Made by a program: the position numbers and the translations under genes
From: Octopus vulgaris
Lineage: Eukaryota
Length of the DNA stretch: 64,000 nucleotides
Direction: 5' to 3'
Assembly: GCA_951406725.2 (NCBI GenBank)
Contig: OX597827.1
Span: forward strand, 27,714,001-27,778,000
The notes under the pieces: model-generated
What the model saw: only the letters and a program-made list of their open reading frames with translations
What the model was told of the DNA's origin: nothing
The model's database searches: none
Shown: piece by piece, positions 53,577-64,000 of the stretch
Position numbering within the stretch: the first letter of the stretch is position 1
Layout: each line of letters opens with the position of its first letter

Positions 53577-55100
53577 TGCGAAGTACATACAAAAGTATCA
53601 GACTTTATTTTTCCCCGCCAAAACTAATGCTGTATGAGCAAACTCTTTTTGGGTGGGAGGTGACGCTATCCTTCCAACGCATTTTTGTGCCGGTAAGCCG
53701 CACCAGTTCCCGGCTGTTACGCCTGGAGTACAGACGTGTAGAACTCGCTCAACTGATTTTCGTTTTCACATCAAGCTGAAACTACAAACCCATTTCTTAT
53801 CACCGGTAATGTTGGTCTTCATGAAGTTTGGGTCATTGTTTGCACAGACCAGCATGTCCTGAGGTATTTCCATGCAGAGCTGCTTCCGCTGCTCCAGTAC
53901 TTTGTGGAGGACTTTTGCCGACACACACCGCATGCACAAATCCTCCGTTAAAACGGAATACACTAATCCCGTGCTTATTCTCACTTTGTAAGCAATTTCT
54001 TAGATTATCACACGACGGTCACCCATGACTATTCACCGAACCTTTTCAACAGGCTCCTCGTTTTGGCTTGTGGACGATCTACCAGAAAGTTCTTCGCTCT
54101 CCACTTAGTTGTGGCCGTGTTTGGAGCGGTTGTACCAATGACGTTAGCACGCCGGGTGAAATGCTTAGCGGTATTTCGTCTGCCGTTACGTTCTGAGTTC
54201 AAGTTCTGCCGAGGTCGACTTTGTCTTTCATCCTTTCAGGGTCGATAAATTGAATACCAGTTACGCAATGGGGTCGATATAATCGACTTAATCCGTCTGT
54301 CTGTCCTTGTTTGTCCTCCCTGTGTTTAGCCCCTTGTGGGTAGTTAAAAAATAGGCATTTCGTTTGTCTTTACGTTCTGAGTTCAAATTCCGCTGAGGTC
54401 GACTTTGTCTTTCATCCTTTCGGGGTCGATAAATTAAGGACCAGTTACGCACTGGGGTCGATATAATCGACTTAATTCCTTTGTCTGTCCTCGTTTGTCC
54501 CCTCTGTGTTTAGCCCCTTGTGGGTAGTAAAGAAATAGGTATTTCGTTTGTCTTTACGTTCTCAGTTCAAATTCCGCTGAGGTCGACTTTGCCTTTCATC
54601 CTTTCGGGGTCGATAAATTAAGGACCAGTTACGCACTGGGGTCGATATAATCGACTTAATTCCTTTGTCTGTCCTCGTTTGTCCCCTCTGTGTTTAGCCC
54701 CTTGTGGATAGTAAAGAAATAGGTATTAAGTCTGTCTTTAGGTTATGAGTTCAAATTTCAGGATCGATAAATTAAGTGCCAGTTGCATACTGGGGTAGAT
54801 CTAATTTGAATTTTGCCCACGACATCATCGCCAAAGGCCTTTTGAATTTTCTAGATGTCTTCAGCTTGAATATCACCAAGCTTTTAGCAAAATGTGTTTC
54901 AATATCTCAGCCTGTTCGGTGGAAACGAAAATCCTACAAGTGCGCGCTACACGACTCTACTCTTGGCGTAACAACCGATGACTGCAGCAGCTTACAAGCA
55001 TCAGGAAGGATGTCGTTACCACCTGCCCAAAGAATTTTGTCCACGCGGCATTAATATAAGCGGAAAGAATGAAGTCGGATACTTTTGAACACACCTCGTA
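53577..55100 (-). mobile_element. Internally deleted mariner transposon interrupted by a SINE array
   Basis: TIRs tgcgaagtacatacaaaagtatcagact and agtcggatacttttgaacacacctcgta; peptide LCMRCVSAKVLHK...FMKTNITGDKKWV. Confidence 0.75.
54141..54806 (+). repeat. Tandem array of about four SINE family B monomers, period about 180 bp
   Basis: Unit junction ataggtatt... recurs near 54352, 54535 and 54719. Confidence 0.85.
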
Positions 55101-55777
55101 TACACTATAATTTGTGCGAAATCTAGTAGGGCTACAATTAAAATCACACACACACTTAAAACAGGCTTAGATTCAAATACATGCGTTTATAACTTGCATA
55201 CGAATGCAAACATGGAACGGCACAAGAAGTAATATTTTATCCTAAAGAACTTCTCAGCGAAGCCCTTTATTAAAAGCACGGAATTCAGCTCTATATGTTT
55301 GGGTAAAGTGAGGCTACAGCTGCTTTTCCTAGCCTAGCAAGTACAGCAAATGTTGATTTGACAACAGCTTCATTTGTAAACGAATAAAGAAAAGCAAACG
55401 TTTATCTAGAAACTGGAATATTTTTCTCGTTTTCTCTGCAAACGTTTCATTTATTCTCGACCTCCTTATAATGCGTTCATTCGGGTTTGTTTTTTAAAAT
55501 CTTTTTCTTTAATTTCTTGGGTTTTGATTCTTGGCTTGTGCTTTACATTTTCTTGTGAAATGCGATTAAGTAGCATGTAGATTTATGGCTAACCTAAGTG
55601 GAAATGATGACAAGATTTTTCAAGAGAGACGAGAAGAGGAGAGCCAAAGAAGCTGTTGTTGTGTTTGTTGTTTTATGATGATGTTATGGTATGTTACCTT
55701 GTATGTTATAGAGTTTAATTTATTTACTAGACTCCAACAATACGCATACATACGTAAATATCACACATACATATATG

Positions 55778-55816
<39 letters not shown>

Positions 55817-56047
55817 AAAAAAATATATAAAAATACAAAATGGGACAAGAACGCAAAACATTCAAATAGACGACACAAAAAATGGACGGGTCATTCGAAG
55901 CCTCTAATCTTCATCCGTACCCATGTACTTATACACATATATGGACATATACGTAAATACACATACATGTACATGTATGCATATATATGTGCATACAAAG
56001 ACACATGTATTTCTATGTATATGTGTGTGTGTGTGTGTACGTGTGTG

Positions 56048-56265
56048 TTTTCTGTTACTTGTTTCAGTCATCTCACTGCGGCTATGCTGGAGCTCTGTCT
56101 TCGGTCGAACAAATTGACCCCAGGACTTATTCTTTGTAAGCCTAGTACTTATTTTATCGGTCTTTTCTGCCGAACTGCTAAATTACGGGGACGTTAACAC
56201 ACCAACTTCGGTCGTCAAGCGATGGTGGGAATGGGACAACCACACACACATATCTACGAAGGGTT
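56048..56265 (-). mobile_element. SINE family A, 3' half
   Basis: ttacttgtttcagtca...gtaagcctagtacttatt...gccgaactgctaa. Confidence 0.75.
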
Positions 56266-56293
56266 TCTTATACGTATATACATGTATATACAT

Positions 56294-56339
<46 letters not shown>

Positions 56340-56605
56340 ATATATGTATATCACTATGCATGTGTGTGCGTTGTGTGTGTAGAGGGGCTTTGCTGTTTTT
56401 CTCCCTAGAAAGATACATAAGTAAACAAATGTTAATTCCTAATATTTGAGTTTCTAGACGGCTTCCTTCCTTCTGCAATATCTGGTTACTGTTGACTTTG
56501 TTGTTGTTGTTGCTGTTGTTGTTGTTTTCGTTGTTGTTGTTCTTCTTGTTCTATTCATCTATCTACCTAGCTAGATAAATAGATCAATAGAGTGTGTATA
56601 TATGC

Positions 56606-56671
<66 letters not shown>

Positions 56672-56787
56672 TTATATATTTGTGCGTGCGTATGTGTGTG
56701 TGTGTGTGTCTGTGTCTGTGTCTGTATATATATATATATATGTATATGTATGTATATATATATATACAGACACAGACACATACGCAC

Positions 56788-56822
<35 letters not shown>

Positions 56823-57176
56823 CAAATATATATATCTGTTTCTCTCTCTCAGTTTTTCTCTCTCTCTGCCCACTCTCTTTCTCTCTCTCTCTCACTCACT
56901 CTCTCCCTTTCTCAATCTCTCTCTCTCTCTCTTATGTCTCAACTAATTATCTATCTCTCAGCAAATATCAAGTATAATATAAACCCAACAACCAGATGTT
57001 GATAATTAAGAGTACAAATCCTAGCTTTTAGAGCTGGGTTGGAATATGTATGTGTGCAAATATATATGTATGTGTGCAAAGATGATTCTACGTCTGTATA
57101 AATGCACACACTCACAAACAGACATACACACGCAAGCACACACACACAGGTAATGTATGTCGTATACATATATACT

Positions 57177-57209
<33 letters not shown>

Positions 57210-57274
57210 GTGTGCATGTGTGTATATGTAAATGTATATATATATGTATATATATGTATGTATATCTATCTATA

Positions 57275-57382
<108 letters not shown>

Positions 57383-58315
57383 AAATATTTATTTCTCTAT
57401 ATATATGTGTGTATTTGTATGTATATGTGCGTGTGTATGTATTTGTATGTATATATACACGTACGTGTGCGTATGTGTGTATACTTTTGTGCCTGGATAA
57501 GGTGTGTCTGATATTTATCTCTATTAATTCTGACACTTAATGGCGGTGCTGTTATTTCGGGTTTTCTCTCTTTATATTCACCTTTACCGTAAACAGGAAT
57601 ATTGACAAATGAAATCCGAAACATTTCGTAGCAGGAGAAAGAAAGGAAGAGAGAGTGAAACAAGAGGAGGTTCAGGAAGTGGGGAGCTGGGGGTGGGCGT
57701 TAACTTTCATGAAGTCAGTTATTGTAATCCTGTCCAAGTTGACTGGAATCATGGGGGTCTGGCACTTCCTTTGCTTCTTTCATGATTTATGTTATTTTAA
57801 TTTATCCCAAAGTTTTGTGCTGTTATAAACCCGTCAGCATTAGACAATGTTTCAGCTAACACACAGTTGGTTCAGGAAGGGCCTTCCAGTTTCCATTTAA
57901 ATGAAATGAAACTAATTTTGTTTGATATGAGAATGTGAGATGTTCATGCATTTCGGAAATGAAACTGATGCTGCTGCTGATGATGATGATAAGTATATTC
58001 ATGTCTGTCAACATCTCACAAATGTATGCTGTATGTGAGTGATTGGTTGAATGGCTAGAAATAGCAACAAGATGTTTCTCAAATCATACACTATCATCTT
58101 AATACGAATGTCAGTAGAAAAGTTCATAGGTTGACTATGGAGTGGTGCTAAAGCTGTGAAATATTGCATGTATTACATTATTTACATTTGACGGATATTC
58201 GTCCTCTTCTTGTTTGTTGTTAACTCAACATTTCGGTTGATATACACTCCAGCCTCCAACAGGTGTCTTGGGGGAAATTTCGAACCTAGGTTCTCATTCC
58301 TAAAGTATTTTTCAA

Positions 58316-58408
<93 letters not shown>

Positions 58409-58411
58409 CAT

Positions 58412-58978
58412 TATTCAGTAGTTTTATTTTTATAGCGTGCTTTCACTTCACTACCGAGCGCAGCTCTGTGTGCCTTGGGTATGTGCTGTGATTTGTTGTG
58501 ATGCTCTGATGGTTATTGTATGGAAAGTGTTCTGCGTAGGATGTGTGCAGTGCCTAGTAGTGCAATTTTCTGTATGTTATATGTGTTTGTAAGTCCTGGT
58601 GTTTTGTTATGTATTTGTCTGAATATTTTTTTATCATGCCTAATGCACCTACTCTGATAGGAATTGTTTCTGTTTTCAGATTCCACATTCTAGTTACCTC
58701 TATTTCCAGGTCTTTGTATTTTGAGAGTTTCTCCATTTCTTTTAGAGACACGTTGTCATCTGCCGGTATTGATACATCAATTAGAAAGCACTTTTTTTCT
58801 TCATGATCTCTGACAACTATATCTGGTCTGTTGGCCTTAATTTCTCTATCTGTGTGTATCGGCATATCCCAGAGTATGGTTGCTTTCTCGTTTTCTGTGA
58901 CCTTTTCTGGTGTGTGCCTATACCATCTTTTTTCTGTTGTTATTCCATAATGTTGGCATAGCTTCCAATGTATGTAGG
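58412..58978 (-). mobile_element. 5'-truncated R4/Dong-clade LINE (RLE domain) in (TAA)n
   Basis: HTDREIKANRPDIVV...FLIDVSIPAD..KEMEKLSKYKDL...IPIRVGALG; (TTA)n on both sides. Confidence 0.85.
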
Positions 58979-58990
58979 TTATTATTATTA

Positions 58991-59148
<158 letters not shown>

Positions 59149-59690
59149 GAGTGAGAGAGCAGTTCATGCCATCAAAGTGACACTGGGGTAAAATATACGA
59201 AGCCCAATATACCCATCATGACTACCTGTCTGATAAGGGTACACCAGGCACATGCATCACAACCATATGTGCGCGACATGGTGATCTCATATCAAGATAA
59301 ACAGTACATGACCATGCAGGTGGGGCTCAGTTAGAATTTTCTTCAGGTTGTGTAGCTCATCCCGCTCAAAAGGTCCCTGAATAAGGGTTGTTTAAGGATG
59401 TTGAAAGAACCACCCATGTTTCCAGAGGTGAATTATTCAAACCCCAAAGAATCCCTCTCAACACATGGCTATGATGCTCCCCCACTACTTCTGCTCGTGA
59501 TTAGAGATGCACATATCGTTAGCCACTAAGGAACATGCTCAACTGGTTAAGGTCAAACAACTGACAAGCAAATCTGTGGTATTGAGCAGAATATTTGCTG
59601 TAGCCCAAGACAAAACAATGTACATGATAACACTTCCAATCAGTTAAGATCATAAGCCATGAGAGCCACTGCCTGGTACTGCATCAGGGC

Positions 59691-59692
<2 letters not shown>
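59149..59692. mobile_element. Unclassified non-coding insertion of about 545 bp in (TTA)n
   Basis: Sharp boundaries against (TTA)n on both sides; no recognisable ORF, TIR or tRNA head. Confidence 0.5.
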
Positions 59693-59742
<50 letters not shown>

Positions 59743-59767
59743 TTGTTGTTGTTGTTGTTATTATTAT

Positions 59768-60110
59768 TTCCTTCTTTCTTCAAATTTTCTTCCATTTCTC
59801 GCCGAGTGTTTTCTGTACACCTAGGGCAGAGAAGCTCATTGTATGTATTCCCAGACTACACACGCAAATTCACAGGTAAAATATGTATTAAAAAAATAAA
59901 AAATTAAAAAATTAAAAAATTCATGAATGGATGTTGTTTTCACAACGATAAATGCTATTCTCAGTACATGATCCGTTCCAGTTAACGCGATTTTTTGCAC
60001 TTCCTGTGGGGATAATAAGCCTGGTATCATTTTCAAATAGGTTTCAGTACCTTTTTTTATCATTCCTAGAGCTCCTACAATCACTGGTACTGTAGTCGCC
60101 TTGAGATGCC
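59768..60110 (-). mobile_element. Second, divergent R4/Dong 3' fragment
   Basis: VPVIVGALGMIKKGTETYLKMIPG...EVQKIALTGTDHVLR; flanked by (TTA)n. Confidence 0.75.
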
Positions 60111-60129
60111 TATTATTATTATTATTATT

Positions 60130-60161
<32 letters not shown>

Positions 60162-60218
60162 CGTCGTCGTCGTCGTCGTCGTTGTTGTTGTTGTTGTTGT
60201 TGTTGTTGTTGATGATGA

Positions 60219-60273
<55 letters not shown>

Positions 60274-61120
60274 ATTGTTGTTACTGTTAACATCGAAATA
60301 TACCTTAAGAATGAGAACCTAGGTTAGAAATTTCCTCAAGATACCTAATGAAGGCTGGCTGGTATATCAGCGGAAACGTTGTGCTAACAACAAACACGAT
60401 GAGGAGAAATATCCGTCAAATGTAAATAATGTAAATAATGTACATAATTCCTCATCTCTTAAATATAGAACTGTACTTGTATGCATTAGTTTCGTCTCTT
60501 CTTATTAATATCTGTATTGTTTCTTTCCAGGTAAACTGATATCTGACTATTCAGAGAAGACTTCAAAAGTAACTAGTAGCGACTCCTATTGAAAACGGAC
60601 AAAATTTAGCAAGGATATTCATGCTGATATGGTTACTAGATTAGGGGATGATGCTCCAGCTTTATCAACGGTGCAAAAGTGAGAAGTTAAATTTAGGACG
60701 AGATGGAAGATTCGTGAAGATGACACAAAGTCTGAACGGCCTGCAACTGCCACCACCGACGAAAAGAGTGATCATGCTTATCACATGGTGGTACATTAGA
60801 TAATATTGTCCTGGATGCTCACAACGATGGTCATGGAAGATAACTCTTATTGCAATTGGTCTGTTTGATCATGGCTCTCTTCATGTTAAACGAAAATAAT
60901 AACAAAGATTTTAATGATAATGAGGCGCTGGTGGGGCTCCATATGATTCTTCTTTGATATGCTGGAAAGGACAGCATCATCTTCAAAGCAAGTAATAAGG
61001 CTGTTTATAAACAATACATCATATACTCTGTTGTATACTTCAGTGTCAACAGAAGATCGGATCAAATTACTTGCCAGACAAGAACAATTCGAAACCATTT
61101 CATTTCGATTTTTTTTTCTG

Positions 61121-61548
61121 AAAGCGGCAAGCTAGCAGAAACGTTAGCATGCCGGGAGAAATGCTTAGGGGTATTTCGTCTGTCTTTACGTTTTCAAATT
61201 CCACCGAGGTTGGCTATGCCTTTCATCCTTTCGAGGTCAATAAATTAAATACCAGTTACGTACTGCGGTCGATCGAATCGATTGCCCCCTTCCCAAAAAT
61301 TTTGGGTCTTGTGTCTCGAGTGGAAAAGGATAAAGGCGGCGAACTAGCAAACATTAGCATGCTGGGCGAAATGTTTAGCGGTATTTCGTCTGTCTTTACG
61401 TTCTGAGTTCAAATTCTGCCGAGGTCAAATTTGTCTTTCATCTTTTCGGGGTCGATAAATTATGTACCAGTTACGTACTGTGGTCGATCTGATCGACTGC
61501 CCTTATCCCCAAAATTTCGGGCCTTGTGCCTAGAATAGAAAAGAATAT
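61121..61548 (+). mobile_element. Two tandem SINE family B copies with the non-Tx1 tail
   Basis: Heads at about 61121 and 61332. Confidence 0.8.
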
Positions 61549-61559
61549 TTTTATATGGC

Positions 61560-62127
61560 TTCTTTCATTTTTTTCTTCTTTCACTCATTACACTGCAGCC
61601 CTGTTGGGGCACCGCCTTGAAGGATTGTTAGTCAAATGAATCGACCCACACCCACTACTTTCTTTAAAACCTGGTACTTATTCTATCGGTCCCTTTTGTT
61701 GAACCTCTACAGGGAGGTAAATACTTCAACACCAGTTGTTGTCAAGCGGTGACAAGAAAAACACATACACATAGTATAACATTAATGTAGGCAGCTGGCG
61801 CAATATAATCCGTATAGACAAAATTTAGTCGTCAGTATTTGTGACTGTATGTGCTACAAGCACATATATTGCTAGAAATAGCTGCGTTAAAGCACATTTA
61901 TATATACTGACAGGAGAGACAACTGTCCCATGAACAAAGCAAAACTAGAACATTTGACGGCACAATTTCACCCCAAAGGGAATTGTCAATAGTGTGCTTC
62001 CAATGCCTCCATGCAGCAGTTATCTCCCCTGTCATTGTATATAAATGTGCTTTTGCGCAGCTATAAGTGGTTTAACTCTTATTACTAGCAATATGTATGC
62101 TTGTGGCACATACAGTCACAATTAGTG

Positions 62128-62186
<59 letters not shown>

Positions 62187-62205
62187 TATGCATGTGTGTG
62201 TGAAC

Positions 62206-62242
<37 letters not shown>

Positions 62243-62249
62243 TACATAC

Positions 62250-62283
<34 letters not shown>

Positions 62284-62332
62284 ATGTACACACACACACA
62301 CTCATACATACTCACACGCAAAGGCACGCGTA

Positions 62333-62399
<67 letters not shown>

Positions 62400-62560
62400 G
62401 CGATGGGCTTCTTTCAGTTTTTGTCTACCACATCCGCTCACAAAACTTGGATTGACACCAGACTATAGTGGAAGACACTTGGCCATGGTGCTACGTAGTG
62501 GGACTGAACCCCGTGTTCAGTCGTTACCGCAAACCTGTTACCGCACAGCCACACCTACGC
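61560..62560 (-). mobile_element. SINE family A split into a 3' half (61560-61765) and a 5' half (62398-62560)
   Basis: Family A motifs on both sides of a foldback element and (TA)n. Confidence 0.65.
61830..62130. mobile_element. Foldback element with imperfect inverted arms of about 95 bp
   Basis: ttgtgactgtatgtgctacaagcacatatattgctag...gcacatttatata and tatataaatgtgc...ctagcaatatgtatgcttgtggcacatacagtcacaa. Confidence 0.6.
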
Positions 62561-62898
62561 CTTATAGAAGACTATATTATAGTCTTAGTCAAAGTTGGTA
62601 TTTGGATGCTGGAAAAAATGTTTGTGCAAAAACGTGTACGTAATAGCACCAAAGATTGAAAATTTGTCAGGTGATCCAACGGATCAGGGATGGACAGAAG
62701 CTTTGGTATGATTTATACGAATCTATTTACAGAAGATCTCGTCTACCAGTAGCGCCTGCCTAAAAAACCAACTCTCACTTATGGTTTTACGAAATATCTG
62801 CACACAGCAGTCCTCGATCTTCTGGATGATGGTGTTGACTGCTCGGCTAAACAAAGATGAAGGTAAGCAACGAGTTTTAAACCAATGCTAAAATTATA

Positions 62899-63148
62899 TT
62901 GGGTTGGTGCATAATTATTGCGGCTTTTTTCAACAAATTTTATTCAACAAAAACAATAAGAACATGCAACAAAAACATCTTTAAATGATTATTCCGGAGC
63001 ATATTTACCATCTGCTCCAATTACTGCTTCCCATTTGCTTAGCAGGCGGTCAGACCGTCATTTAAAGATGTTTTTGTTATATAGTGTTATTGTTTTTGTT
63101 GAATAAAATTTATTGAAAAAAAGCCGCAATAGTTATGCACCAACCCAA
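62899..63148. mobile_element. Mariner-derived MITE with TA TSD and inverted arms of about 90 bp
   Basis: ta-ttgggttggtgcataattattgcggc ... gccgcaatagttatgcaccaacccaa-ta; the core encodes RLLSKWEAVIGADGKYAPE* on the minus strand (mariner C-terminus). Confidence 0.85.
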
Positions 63149-64000
63149 TATTAGTGCTTGTTACGCTGCACATGCGAAAATTGAATTTCCAGTGAGTTGC
63201 ACGAAAGAACCCAATCATCTATGATCAAGGTAAATCGGACATAAAGATGGTATACAGAATCATTACTGTATCTCAAAGCACAGTGAAGGAGCTAAATTGT
63301 TTTGGTCAATCAGATGCCTCCTTGATATATCTCCATTCGCCACGCCAATGGTTCAAGCTGTCACAGACGAGTGAGTGGGGCTGGTCGCTGGTAAAGCTCT
63401 CTTTCTAATCCATGTCTAGTGAAAGTCAAGACTCGAACCTTTTGGAACCACAGAAGGCAATCAGGGATCTAAGTAGCATGTGTGTCTGTTTTAAAGAAAT
63501 TCCTCGACTTTCGTGGTTTTCCCGCTCGTGAGGAGACACGGAAGCGGCAGATTCCGTGGAATGGACCAATCACAATTTTCTTGTCATTTACATGACTGTC
63601 TTCTGCCTTGCTGCTACTCTTTAAGAAGTACCGTCAATTTCTAAGAGGTGACATTTTGGAAATATTTGAAATTAGAGGAGGAAAAGCAACGATTTATCTA
63701 AATTGACAGTTGGAAATATATACCTCTAAAATTAATGGTGTGGAAGCATGAATATCACAACATCTCATAATGTTTTTATGTGATATATCAATTGTTATAT
63801 TGAAATTAAATTATGCTATCTTACACGGTAAATACTTTTTTGGAAAGGTATGCAGATCACAGCATCTATAGTGTCCACACTTACCCCTGCTAGAAATAAA
63901 CACAGGACTTGTGTACCATGACAGTTGTTGTGCATGTGGTAAATAGTGTTAAAGCATGTCATGTAGCAAAACGCTTTCGATTCCTGCTTCAAGCTGTTTC

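Noticed and set aside
54141-54806. CRISPR or novel satellite interpretation of the 180-bp array
   Set aside because: The units are whole SINE B monomers with no unique spacers.

Overview
AT-rich, microsatellite-saturated eukaryotic DNA. The SINE families look like those of an octopus or other coleoid cephalopod (inference). I see no credible host protein-coding exon; nearly all ORF-track hits are translated (TA)n/(CA)n/(TATG)n repeats. The window is a retroelement and transposon graveyard. It holds a near full-length Tx1-group LINE plus a 5'-truncated twin in a (TATC)n tract, a near full-length Hero-like RLE LINE, and two Penelope-like (RT + GIY-YIG) inverted insertions. It also holds several pLTR-only Penelope palindromes with minimal hammerhead ribozyme motifs, R4/Dong fragments in (TAA)n, CR1 and RTE fragments, mariner and hAT relics, and many tRNA-derived SINEs. 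The most interesting signals are (1) five evenly spaced hairpins with an almost invariant GAAAGA loop but different stems in the 5' UTR of the Hero-like element, (2) a SINE whose monomer ends in a copy of the Tx1 3' terminus, (3) apparent (TATC)n targeting by the Tx1 family, and (4) a set of hammerhead variants including a U3-A8 core. All coordinates were read by eye and element edges are approximate.
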